In this document: positions 1 to 10,420 of the stretch, in pieces
Layout: each line of letters begins with the position of its first letter
Numbering within the stretch: position 1 is the stretch's first letter
Source: Penicillus capitatus
Taxonomy: Eukaryota > Plantae > Chlorophyta
Direction: 5' to 3'
DNA: 64,000 nucleotides
Assembly: GCA_965649825.1 (NCBI GenBank)
Contig: OZ287697.1
Span: 1,288,351 to 1,352,350 of the forward strand
The notes under the pieces: generated by a model
The model's database searches: none
Seen by the model: the letters and a program-made list of their open reading frames with translations, nothing else
Told to the model about the DNA's origin: nothing
Made by a program: the position numbers and the translations under genes

Positions 1-222
1 ACCCTCTTCTTTCTCTACCTGTTGGCCCTTTTAGTGACATTTGCGGCTGAGTACCTGAGAAGTGTATTGGTCAGAGAAGGAGTTCACTCATCTTCAGCAA
101 AAGGCACATTTCGCATTCTCCGTGCCTATCTTGTCGATTACCTCTTCGCTCGTGCGATAGCTGCCATGATCCGATGGGTCAACAAAGGAAGATCTCGTCG
201 ATACGGCCGTTCTGCAGTTTAA
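1..222 (+). CDS. 3' end (last exon, partial) of a family member with a class-2 membrane domain
   Basis: Frame 1 is open from base 1 (TLFFLYLLALLVTFAAEYLRSVLVREG...GTFRILRAYLVDYLF...MIRWVNKGRSRRYGRSAV*). It aligns by eye with the C-terminus of gene G (…FAADYLKTVLGRKG…GTFRILGVYFINCLF…MVRWVNKGKSRRYHRPDV*) and with B and H. Confidence 0.9.
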   Translation, partial: TLFFLYLLALLVTFAAEYLRSVLVREGVHSSSAKGTFRILRAYLVDYLFARAIAAMIRWVNKGRSRRYGRSAV

Positions 223-3200
223 AGTTGCTTTGTCGTTTTCAGATCTCTTTCTGTGTATTGGGAATAGGAAGGCGATTAAAACCGTCTCACCTTTCAGTGT
301 TTGACTAGTTTTTGGTACCGTAAGAGGCCATCAACTGTGAATGGAAAGTGTTTAAGCAAAAGTGTCTCTTTGGTGTGTGATTCAGCTGTCGTCCGTCTCG
401 ATGAACGGCAATCGGCGTTTCGTGGATGTATAGGGACAACAGCAATGATTACCTGACTCATACGAGTGACATCTCGAGATTCTGATTCTAGAGAAACTGA
501 GGAGCAGCATGTTCCTAACGCTTCATTGCTTCTCTGGTTTCGCCGTGGTCGAAAGCGAAACTCGTGTCTGTCTGTCGAGTCAGACATATGCAGCATTACA
601 GAAGACTGCATTTCACATGAAGAAGATTTTAGAGTCACATATGAGACACATGTTCGTGACTGAACGCGAGGACGATGAAAAGAGGTTTGTATCGTTGGAG
701 ATCTCGTTCCAAAGGCAACGACTTGAGAATCACACGAACGCATGCAACAATCACAGATGTTCCGCACATGATATCAATCGTGTCAGCTCACGTATATCGG
801 CACAAAAGACCGTGAGACATCAGCAAGAAAGGGAAAAACAAAGCGATGATGCGCCCATCGTCGCACAAGACCCCAGTCCCTGACAGAATGCGAGATCGTT
901 TCGCATGGAGGACTCGTCGTCTTCCACAACATCTTCCTCGTTTCCCTTAAGCAACTCACAGGAGTTGCTACTGTGTTATCTGTCAGCCAGGTTACGCTAC
1001 AGAATGACAGCTAGTTCCAGAGGGGCAGCAATGGAGCCTCACACCATATATGTGCGCCAGAATTGACGCGGGAGAATGGATCCGCGATGATGATGTTTCT
1101 GACGGGCGCACGCACCATGATGCCTCGACCCAACGATGGCAGGGAATTCTTGACACATGGCCGTGGAACGAGGCATGATGTCTGGAAGTGCTCGCCTTCG
1201 AAGTAGACTTCTTTCCCAGAATCGACAGGAACGACGTGTTCACAACGCACACCCTCTGAAAAGACAGTCAACATCAAGACATCCGCAGCGGAGAGCAAAG
1301 GCACAACAATTCGGGATGGATGGCAGAAGTCTTCATTCACACTGTGCATTCAGACCTGCAATCAAGTCGTCAGTCTGAGCCGAAAGAAGAATCGACAAAG
1401 CAATGGGTCACCTTGCAGAGACAGAGCAGAAGGATTGCTTCGAACAGGGTGTATTTGATCGGTGCTAGCTTCTCCGCGCTGTCGGGTGAATTGCGGACGG
1501 CGAGACAAGTCGGTGATTGATTGGCGATCGCGTGTTGGTAGGCCTTTGGCTTTGTGTCCGATTACTCGCTCCATCTGCCGATTGGATGGAAATGGATCTT
1601 TGCGTTTGGCGGTGTTTTGCATACATACGCACAGCGCGCTTGACGGAAAGGACAGCTCGGCCTTCCACTGAACCGCAGTGCCAGCGACAACGAGATACTG
1701 CCAGACTGTTGTTGTTTACCAGCAGAAGGCAAGAGACGCTGCTGTGTCTTCAACGCGACAACGCGGCCTAGGGATTCTGCAGACCGCGTCCTGAAACGGA
1801 AGGATGAGAGGACGGTGATCGAGACAGAACTGGATAAGGATGTGACGCTCTTTGTAAGAGAGGGCGAAATCCTGGTCTGCGGCGTGAAAGGCGACAGATA
1901 ACGGTTTCGCCGTACTGTGCCGTCGAAGACGAAGGTTTAAGCACTGTCACGAGCTCGAGAAAGAATCTGAACTTGTGTCGCTGGTGTGTGTGAATGTTGG
2001 TTCAAAGCCTTGCCGCGAGCTCGGGAGAGAGAGTCTCGGTCGATGTTGTTGGTCGTATATTCACCTGTGAATTCAGTACGGCAAATCTTAAGACGCATAG
2101 TGGTTGCATACGGTTGTCGATTTGTCGTCGCAGCACCAATGCTCCTGTTCGGCTGTGACGAGCGCTGTTTCTCGCTATTGTCTCTTGACAACGCCTAGAC
2201 AGTTTTCATTGTAGCGGATTCAGCAAAAGAAGTGGATGGCGGCGATCTCGTGGTCGTGACAATAATCGTACGATGAGGAAATGTCAGTCACATCGCTCAC
2301 TCACTGTAGGACTGTGGCAGATGAGGGCAGCAGAAACAGAAGCCGTAAGCTGCGTTTGGATTGAACTAGAGAATGGCAGAGATGTGCGACCGCTGGTTTA
2401 GAGCTGTCACATCCAGACGTTCCTTCGCTGCCTGCTAAGAGAGACACTATCCTTCCTACCTGACGTATTCAGCATCCACTAGGGGGACGATCTTTTTTCT
2501 GTGGACGGGACAAACTTGTTAAGCATTTCTTCAAACAACTGTACGACGACAGAAGGGTGGAAATGCGAGAAACCGGTAACCATTTTGCTGTAGCGTACGC
2601 AGATAGAGTCTCATCGCTGCACATCAAGGAGAAAGGAGCCCTCCGCCGTCAAGAAGACTGGCAGTCGACTGCTGTACGAGCAGCAGAATATGGTTTTTGA
2701 TCTTAAGAGAACAATAACCTCCATGGCATTTACGTCTATTAGCTCTTGCAGAAATCCAGTTCTAAGGCAGTGGCTGCCAGATCAAGAGATACAGGTTGAA
2801 AAGAAGAAGGCTCTGTTTACGCTAAAGGCACAAGGTCGTTCGTCGCTTGGCGGCGCGCTTCTAAGTAAACAAGCTGCTCTGCATTGACAAGACAGCTACG
2901 TTTTGTCGATCCGCGAAGAACGGATCTCCCTCGCATGCAGTAGCGGGCCGTTTTCGAAACAAGGTCGCTTCTCCCTCGATTGTTGAGCCAGCGATGCTGT
3001 ATGTGATCCTTTACCTTTCGGCACAGGCGGTGCGCTTGGTCGATGTTGTTCCTCTTCACTAGAACTGAGCTTTCTGTCGCGAATCCCTCCTCCTTGTCCT
3101 GCCATCGTTGGCGCAGCGAGCTGCTAAGACAGAGAGCGTTGAAGCACTTGGCTGTGCAGCCGCGAACGACCAGCCTCTGAAGGCGATGTCTTCAGAGCTA

Positions 3201-3499
3201 TGAAGCATGCGTATCTGCTAGCGCACACGCAAGGAAGAGTCGCGCGTCTCCATGGTCTGCATCTTCGAAGTAGATACCATGAGCCGAGACGGCATCCAGA
3301 AGAGAGACACGGAAGAACATGGCTCCACTTTCTGGTCAAGAAAGCTCTATCCCCTCTCATCTGCCAAACGGAGGCTACTGCATCGCATTGAATGCTCGAA
3401 CAGCTGCGACAGCAGATTCGTCGGCGAAAGATCGATGTCGAACACGTTGCAAGTCGCCGCCGAGTGGCAGCCGAACTGCACGGACGGCTTCGACTACGC

Positions 3500-4260
3500 A
3501 GGGATGAAACTGCAGCCTCTCGCTGCTGCAAGGCCGGCGTGACGAGCAGCTTTCGTCTTTACTGCTCACACACCAGAGTTCGATCTCATGATGCGACTGA
3601 GCCTTCGGCGGCAAACTCGCAGCAGCCGTACACCCGTAGACTTTACGCGTCCAAACAGCACGGTGGCGTCTTTGACGTCGACCACCGAAGACAGAGCTGT
3701 CGAAGCATTTGGAGAAAGAGGTCGTATGCAAAGGCCAACGCCAATGCGTCCACTGTGAAAGCTTCTAGACCGAGTCGCCTGGTTACATTTAAATCTGCAT
3801 CCTTTAGGACGTCGGTGCACGAGGACACGGCGAAATCTGACGGCACTAGCGGAAAGCGACCGACTTTGCAGTCCGAAGCGGATGTCTTCGCGAAAACTTC
3901 GTCCCAGTGGTCTCTCTGATGCGGGTCAACAGACGACGCCGAACTGTGCGTTCAGCAAGACAGGCCAGAAAGCTCTAGCTACCTTTTCTGCCGCAGAACC
4001 GAGCTGCGAGAGGTCGAATCGCTCGCTTCCGGGACGGTAGAGAGACCTCGACGCTTGCAGATATCTCTGTCCGGTGCAGGACAGATTCCACGATTGACAG
4101 GACAGGCGCATATCGTGGCATATAATGCGTTACTGTTGCGAAATTGAAATGCGAAGTGAGCTCGAAACCAATCAGCCCATCGTTGGACACACTTTCGAAA
4201 ACCATGCCTCACATTCCTCCTGCCACCGGCTCTGCTGCTGGCAACTGTCTCATGTCGTCA
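3500..4260 (+). pseudogene. Relic of a G-type gene: upstream region plus frameshifted start of the signal peptide
   Basis: Colinear with the reverse complement of about 48330-49080 (e.g. GCTGCTGCAAGGCCG..GACGAGCAGC.TTCGTCTTTACT, CACACCAGAGTTCGATCTC, GGACAGGCGCATATC, GTGAGCTC.AA.CCAATCAGC, TCGAAAACCATGCCT). The ATG at 4204 corresponds to G's ATG (48383), but the signal peptide sequence is shifted by a small deletion and homology ends at about 4260. Confidence 0.7.
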
Positions 4261-4320
4261 GTCAGGTCTAAAACACGTCAGCGTAGAAGACGCCAAGAGA
4301 CATGCGACTGTGGTAAACAG

Positions 4321-4610
4321 CGCGGTCTTTCCCAAGTCAAATCATGATCTGTGGTTGTTCGCTGCATGTCAACAAGTGTGGCTCTGCTCGACCTGAAAAG
4401 ACGTTCAGGGGTCAGCTCGACGAACAGACGCTGGAAGAGGCACGCTGCGTTAGTTCTCTGCCCCGTCGGGAGAACAAGGGACGCACGCGTGCATCATGCA
4501 CACCGACGCGTGGTCGCTGAGTCAGTTGCGTAGCTGCTGCATCAGGAATATTCCTTACCTCATCTTCAGGCGATTTCATGCAACAGGCCTCGTCCCGACT
4601 ATAAAAGCCA
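4321..4610 (+). promoter_or_regulatory. Conserved upstream block of gene A ending in TATA box (CGACTATAAAAGCC, TATAAAA 4600-4606)
   Basis: About 90% identical by eye to 20754-21045 upstream of gene C, and recognisably related to blocks upstream of B and H. The TATA box starts 60 nt before the ATG. Confidence 0.75.
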
Positions 4611-4659
4611 GATGGTCTGCAGGCGTCTGCTGGATCCGTCTCTCAGTTCTTCGTCGAAA

Positions 4660-7600
4660 ATGCGACGCCGTTTCCTTGGTTTGCTGCTGACGCTCGTCGT
4701 CTTTGGCGCAAGTGCGACCGCGTTCGTCTGCCGGAGGTCTCACCTCCGTCGAGCTTTGGCCGCAGAAACGGCAGAAGATGCCTCGACCACTTATGTTTCC
4801 ACAAAGATTCTTAACTCAGAACCGTCCACAGTCTCAGAAAGAAAGGCATCTGCACCGCCTAGTGCAAAAGAGTCTGCCTCGTTCCCGACGAAGCACTCGC
4901 ACAGTACAGCTCCGCCCCTCACGTCCGAGACGCGCGAGACGGCAAAGAAAGAACGCCCATCTGTGGCTGGAAGCGGTCGGAGTGAGAGCCGTTCTCTGCG
5001 CCAGGACGATGGCCGCGACGATAATCTTACAAGTAAGGAAGGCCCTTTGATGTCTCCGAGAACACCTGCTTGACGTCGGCGCTCTTGGTTTTCGCAGGCG
5101 TTCCTTGTTCGCTCAGCGAACGAACCATCGAAGAGCATCTGAACGAAACGACGAGAACGTGGCGTATCAACCGTACGATTCTTAACGACGTCGAAGATGA
5201 CATCCAAGTCATTGTCAACTGTACGAAGCCAGGCGACGTCCTCTCCTTCAGTCCGAAGCGCAGAATCCAGCCATCCTCTCGCATCGTCATACTGTGGCCG
5301 TTGACGTTGACTGCCCCAGTGAGCAGTTTCGAACTCGAGGAAGGCGTGTTCCCCCGTGCCGATACAAACACGACCTTTACCTGTCCTAACAGAGGAGAGG
5401 GTGTGTTCCTGGTGAAGTGAGCTTCGAATTCCCCCATCCACCGTTGTCTGATGCTGTTCTCGCGCTCAGGTCTAAGAATGTGACATTAGCGAATCTTGTT
5501 TTCGAGGGATGCGATTTCGCTGCGGCGAACAGCAATGAAGACGCCATCGTCAGAGTCGTCGTCGACGACTGTGCGACGACTCGTGCAGACGATCAGCTGC
5601 GTCTGCACCATGTCGATTTCCTAAATAACAGCCTCGACGAGAACAACGCCATCCGAGTGCCCTCATCATCGTGCTTAAGTCTGGAACTCGCTGACCTTGG
5701 TTTCGAGAACAATACCTGCAGCGGTCCATGCATCGTCTTCCCGTCCAATCAAAGCAGTCGGCTGCGCGACATCAGAGTCCTGAACATCACGTCGTCGGGA
5801 GAAGCTGCCGACGCCACGACCGCGTTTTGGGGTCCTCCTGGTTCGAAGATTAACGTCACTCGGCTGACAGCGGCCAACAACGCAATCCAGATCTTCAGCA
5901 TCGAAGACGGCACACTGGTGCTAAACGACTCGAAGCTGACGAACAACAGCGTGAGAGTTGGAAGTCCAGTCTATCTGTCAAAGTCCACTGGAACATTCGA
6001 AAACGTCAGCTTCGCTGAAAACGGTGCCACTCACAGCGCTGGATCTCTCATGTCGGACGACTCAACGATCCGCATAGATAACTGCACCTTCGAGGAGGGC
6101 AATGCCGCCGAATTCGGCGGGTTCGTCGACGCCGAAGAAAATTCTCTGGTGACCATCAGAGACTCGAACTTCAGTCGTGGCAAAGCGAAGGACGGAGGAT
6201 GTCTTCGAGTACATCTCTCAAATCTCACTCTTCATAACGTGACGCTGCGAGAGTGTCATTCCGTGGTCGACGGAGCGGCGATTCGTCTGTCCAATGCGAC
6301 TGCCAACATCAAAAACACTACGCTGGATTCGAACAGAGCGGGCGACGATGGCGGATGCTTGTATGCAGAGTTCTCCAATGTTGCCGGAGACGACTGGACC
6401 GTGAAGAACAACTCGGCTGGCGATCACGCAGGCGGACTCCGGGTGCGACTCGAGACGAATCTCAGTCTCGCCAACTCCGTTTTCCTCGACAACGAGGCAG
6501 ACAGAGGGGGAGCCGTGTCTCAGGAGTTGAATTCTGTCGTCTTTTTCACAGATGTCTCATTCTCTGGCAACGTTGCTGCGACCGAGGGCGGTGCGTTCTA
6601 CATCACCAATTCGACGACGATCCTCAGCAACTGCACTTTCAATGACAGCAGAGCTGATGATGGCGGTATCCTGTTCGCAAGGAAGATGACCACAGTGAAC
6701 ATTTCCTCGTCGATCGTGAGGAATGGCACTGCGAGACGCGGGGGATGCCTGCTCGCTCTCGACGGGTCTGTCAATGTTCAGAACTCGACGATGGAGAATT
6801 GCACGTCCAAGGAAGACGGCGGGGCCATGCATCTGCGCAACATCGCAGCACACATTATGAATTCCGGCTTCCTGTCGAATAGCGCAGAGGATAGTGGCGG
6901 AGCCGTCTTCGCCGATGAGAAGACCCATCTCAAAGGAAATGATTGGATAGTGGAAGACAACAGTGCCTGGGACAATGGAGGAGGCGTTTGGTTGAAGCAG
7001 TCCACGATCCAAGTGAACGACTCTCAGTTTCGAAACAACTTTGCTCTCCACGGCGGCGCCTTCTTCATAGTCGATTCGTCGAAGCTGAATATCTCTAACT
7101 CTACGTTTCGTGGTGGAAGCGCAGAAGACGACGGCGGGTTCGTTGCAGCCATCTCGAAGAGCTCTGTCGATCTGGAGCACACCAACATGACGAATGGAAA
7201 CGCAACGAATGGAGGAGCCGTTTTCCTCTCCGACAGTCTCTTCAAAGGGGATCATCTCAACGTCACCGAATGTTCCGCCAGTTCAACGGGCGGAGGATTC
7301 TCCTTCGAATCCGTAAACGCGGCAATGCTCACAGTTCAGCTTGATCACTCCATCGTGCAGAACAACACAGCTCGTCTAGGAGGTGAGGATACGCAGCCGC
7401 TCTCTCATGCGTCCGATGTGTTTTATCAGGTGGCCTGTATGTGACAAACAGCAGTGGACACCTCAACTGCTCGGAGGGCCACTCCGACTGCTTCCTCGTC
7501 ACTATGCTGAACACGACTTTCGTGAACAACAGCGCTGATTATGCAGGAGGCGCAGTGTTCATGGGCTGCACCCAGAATGTGCACATCGATTGCCCTTCGA

Positions 7601-10099
7601 AGAATGCGGAGAAGACTGGTGGTGTCCACACAGAAAAGCGAAAGCGTTCTGTAGGTAGTCTCAATTCAACAGACGATGTCTGTGGGACATGGAAGAAGAA
7701 CAACGCAAAACAGTATGGTGACGATGTTGCTTCGTTCGCATCACAAGTCAACGTGACCGTCAATGAAAGGGGCATCACAGGTTCAGAGGAGGATGGCCCG
7801 TACATATACAGAAGCGGATCGCCCCTCTCCATCAGTCTGGAGATCCGAGATGGTTTTGATCAAGGTCCTGCGGTGGGAAGGAATGGCCGCGTGGTTTCCA
7901 GCACCATCTCATCTCCAAACAGCCTCTTCTCGGGAAATCAGACAATCCTTTTGGGCTCTCCTTCTACGGAACTCAACGTGACTGGATTTGCGAAGCCTGG
8001 AAACTATACCGTTCTCATCAATTTCGATGAAGACATTCTAAAAGAGGAAGAGATCAATGTCACTGTGCAGAACTGCACGATTGGCGAAGCCTCTTTAAGA
8101 AATGGCACATTTTGCGAGCCCTGCAACGCCGCCACTTACAACGTTGACGTGGATGATGAAGACTCCGAGTGTCGGCCATGCCCCGACAACGGGAACTGTG
8201 CAACGAAAGTGATCGTTCCGAAACAAGGGTACTGGAACAGTTCGCCGTGCTCTCCGCACATCCAGAGATGTCTGACGACCCATGCATGTGATGGCGAAAA
8301 CAGAACCACCACTCTCCAGGAGAAATCAGAGAACATTTCCAACTGTGACATTAGCAAGGAACGAATCGAAGATTACCAACAGGCACAGTGTGAAAAGGCA
8401 AGTTTGATATCCTGATTTTCTCAGGTGTTGATGATCTCTGTTGTGCATGCAGGGTTACACTGGTCCACTGTGTGGATCCTGTATCAGTTCATACGGCAGT
8501 TCCCTGTCTTCCAAGTGTCAAGAGTGTCCTGTGAGAATCGGCAGTGTACTGGTGATTTGCATCTCAGCAGTGATTCTGCTGTTTCTATCCGGCATTACGA
8601 TCAGGGGAACATTGTGCACTAAAAACCGCCAGCGGATGATGCTTTCCGGGCAGAGGCAGATTTCCCGTGGCATTCAACTCTCAGAGCTTTCGATCCGAAA
8701 CATGGCAGAAACTTCGAGAGCAGAGGCCCCTCCTGAGAGTTCACACGAGGTTGAAGGGACAAACGCATCAACAGGAATGGTGCATGTGACTGAAGCGGCT
8801 CTGGCACAATGGAGAGTTACCGAGATGTTCAAGGTGTGAAAATCGTGTACGTTTTCTTCCCTAACAGTGACCGTTGTTGCAGATAACGCTGAACTACATC
8901 CAAGTGACAGTGTTGACTGCAACCTTGAATGTTGGATGGGCATTTCCTGTTCTCAAAGTGGGAGAGATAGCAGGTTATCAGATGTCAATGTCAGCCATCC
9001 GCATCAACTTATCGTCGTTGTTTGCTGTATAGAGTTCATCAGCGGGCTCGCCTCAGAGAGCATCCGGCGCTCTGTTGTCTGTCTGAGTAAAGCGAATCAG
9101 TTCCTTCATCCGACCGTTTGGGGCACGATCGTGAGCGTTTTTGTCGTTCCTGTTACTGCATTCCTGCTGCTCGTCGCATTCTGGATGGTAATGGGACTCG
9201 TCTATCAAATGCAACGGCCACTCCGTTACATCGCACAGAGATCTTTGCTTTCACTCATGGCACTGTGGTACATAACCTCCGCGTCAGTGATCAAGACAAC
9301 ACTCAGCGTTGTTCTCTGCGTTCGTGTGTACAACGACGTTCTGGACGCCACGGCAGAAACCGAAGAGATCAGTTATTGGGCGGTGGACACAAGTCTGAGA
9401 TGCTTCGAGGGCCAGCACTTGATGCTGGTGATCTGGATTCTCCCGTTCGTAAGCATCGTCTATGTTGGACTTCTCATCGCCTTCATCTCAATCCTTACAT
9501 CGCCCAAGGAACTGCTCGACCATCCGGACAGCTGGGTCTATCGGACCACTGGATTCCTGTACCGTGGCTATGGATCCGGATGGCGGCGCTACTGGGAGGT
9601 TGCCATCGTGCTGAGGAAGGCGATCATTGCTTTTCTGGTGTTCTGTGCACACCGCTTTGACAGTCTGTTTTTTATCACATGCCTCCCCATCTTCATCATG
9701 CTCGCGATGGGATTGCAGATTGTGGTGATGCCCTACAGAGAGAAGTTTGATGCTCTGAACAGAATAGATTTGTCTGCCCTTTTCGTCTCGAACCTGACGA
9801 TCTTGATTGCCATCATGCTGAAGAGTGAGGGTCTCACGAAAGAGTGGCGTGGAATGACGCTCTCAATCATCTGCGTTGTTCTCAACATCTCAACCTTCCT
9901 CGTTTTTCTCTGTTTTCTTGTTAAGTACTATGCCAAGTGCATTAAGCTCTCCATGAGCGAATGCGGAACGCACATCGATGCAGATGCCGGAACACTGAAG
10001 ATTCTGACGATCTGGCTGGGATGCCGTCTCCAGTCCTTAGCTTCCTATGTGAGACTTGGCCAGTCTCCCGATGAATCAAGTTTTTCTTCCGGCGTGTAA
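4660..10099 (+). CDS. Gene A: beta-helix (GGA-repeat) + Cys-rich + multi-pass membrane receptor-like protein, 1703 aa; helix type alpha, stalk I, membrane class 1
   Basis: Exons 4660-5032, 5098-5416, 5470-7382, 7430-8397, 8453-8833, 8883-8973, 9033-10099 (5112 nt, phases consistent). Introns are GT..AG except 8398-8452 (AAG|GCAAGT..CAG). Features: signal peptide MRRRFLGLLLTLVVFGASA; repeated GG[A/C/F]xx..N motifs; CEPC..CRPCPDNGNC..GYW.SSPC..CLTTHAC; hydrophobic segments with GFLYRGY..YWEV..LRK. Confidence 0.88.
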
Positions 10100-10420
10100 G
10101 CATTCTTCGGTCGACAGCATCACTCTTCATTTAAACATAAGAACATCTTGATTCAATGTCGATGGCGACATCCCAGTTGTTTGTGTTACTGGCATACACC
10201 AATAGATGCATGCTTTGAACAACGGACAGCTTGTGGCAGTCTGGGTAGGAGCATAGCGTTACTCAGCATCGATCGTAGGCGGTGCTTTCTCCTTGATTCT
10301 TTACTGCAGAGGAAACAATCATGTATGTAATCGGTTGTTGATGTAATGAAGGAACTTGTTTGATGTGACTGTGAGCTGATACGCAAGAATCTTAAAAGAT
10401 AAGAGTGCGTCTCCGGCCGG
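10100..10420 (+). repeat. 3' flank/UTR shared with gene E (reverse complement of about 33450-33768)
   Basis: Shared strings include CTCTTCATTTAAAC, CGATCGTAGGCGGTGC, TGCAGAGGAAA.AATC and GATGTGACTGTGAGCTGAT.CGC.AGAATCTT. Confidence 0.8.

Noticed and set aside
294-3400. Short intergenic ORFs between the first gene and gene A (e.g. 509-883, 3200-3391), and likewise at 11200-13500, 41400-42300, 49100-50800 and 57400-58600
   Set aside because: They have no recognisable domains or splice-consistent models. Some look like heavily decayed coding DNA, but I cannot assign them without a homology search.
4990-5004. Plasmodium PEXEL export motif (RxLxE/Q/D)
   Set aside because: The pattern matches, but it lies about 90 residues after the signal peptide and nothing suggests an apicomplexan. 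A subtilase (S1P-like) site is the simpler reading and is reported instead.
5033-5469. Programmed frameshifting or stop-codon readthrough to join the ORFs
   Set aside because: Splicing restores the frame exactly in all eight copies, and no slippery sites are needed.
4791-7255. Long antisense or alternative-frame ORFs overlapping the genes (e.g. 4791-5441-, 6557-7255-, 31417-32343+, 45713-46339+, 56620-57396-)
   Set aside because: These are shadow ORFs of GC-balanced coding sequence. They have no recognisable motifs and are not conserved as open frames across paralogs.
4612-10099. Bacterial operon of overlapping ORFs (AAGTGA / ATGTGA stop-start overlaps) or chlamydial Pmp autotransporters
   Set aside because: Every ORF break coincides with a 47-65 nt GT/GC..AG intron at the same position and phase in all paralogs. 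There is no autotransporter beta-barrel; the C-terminus is alpha-helical multi-pass.
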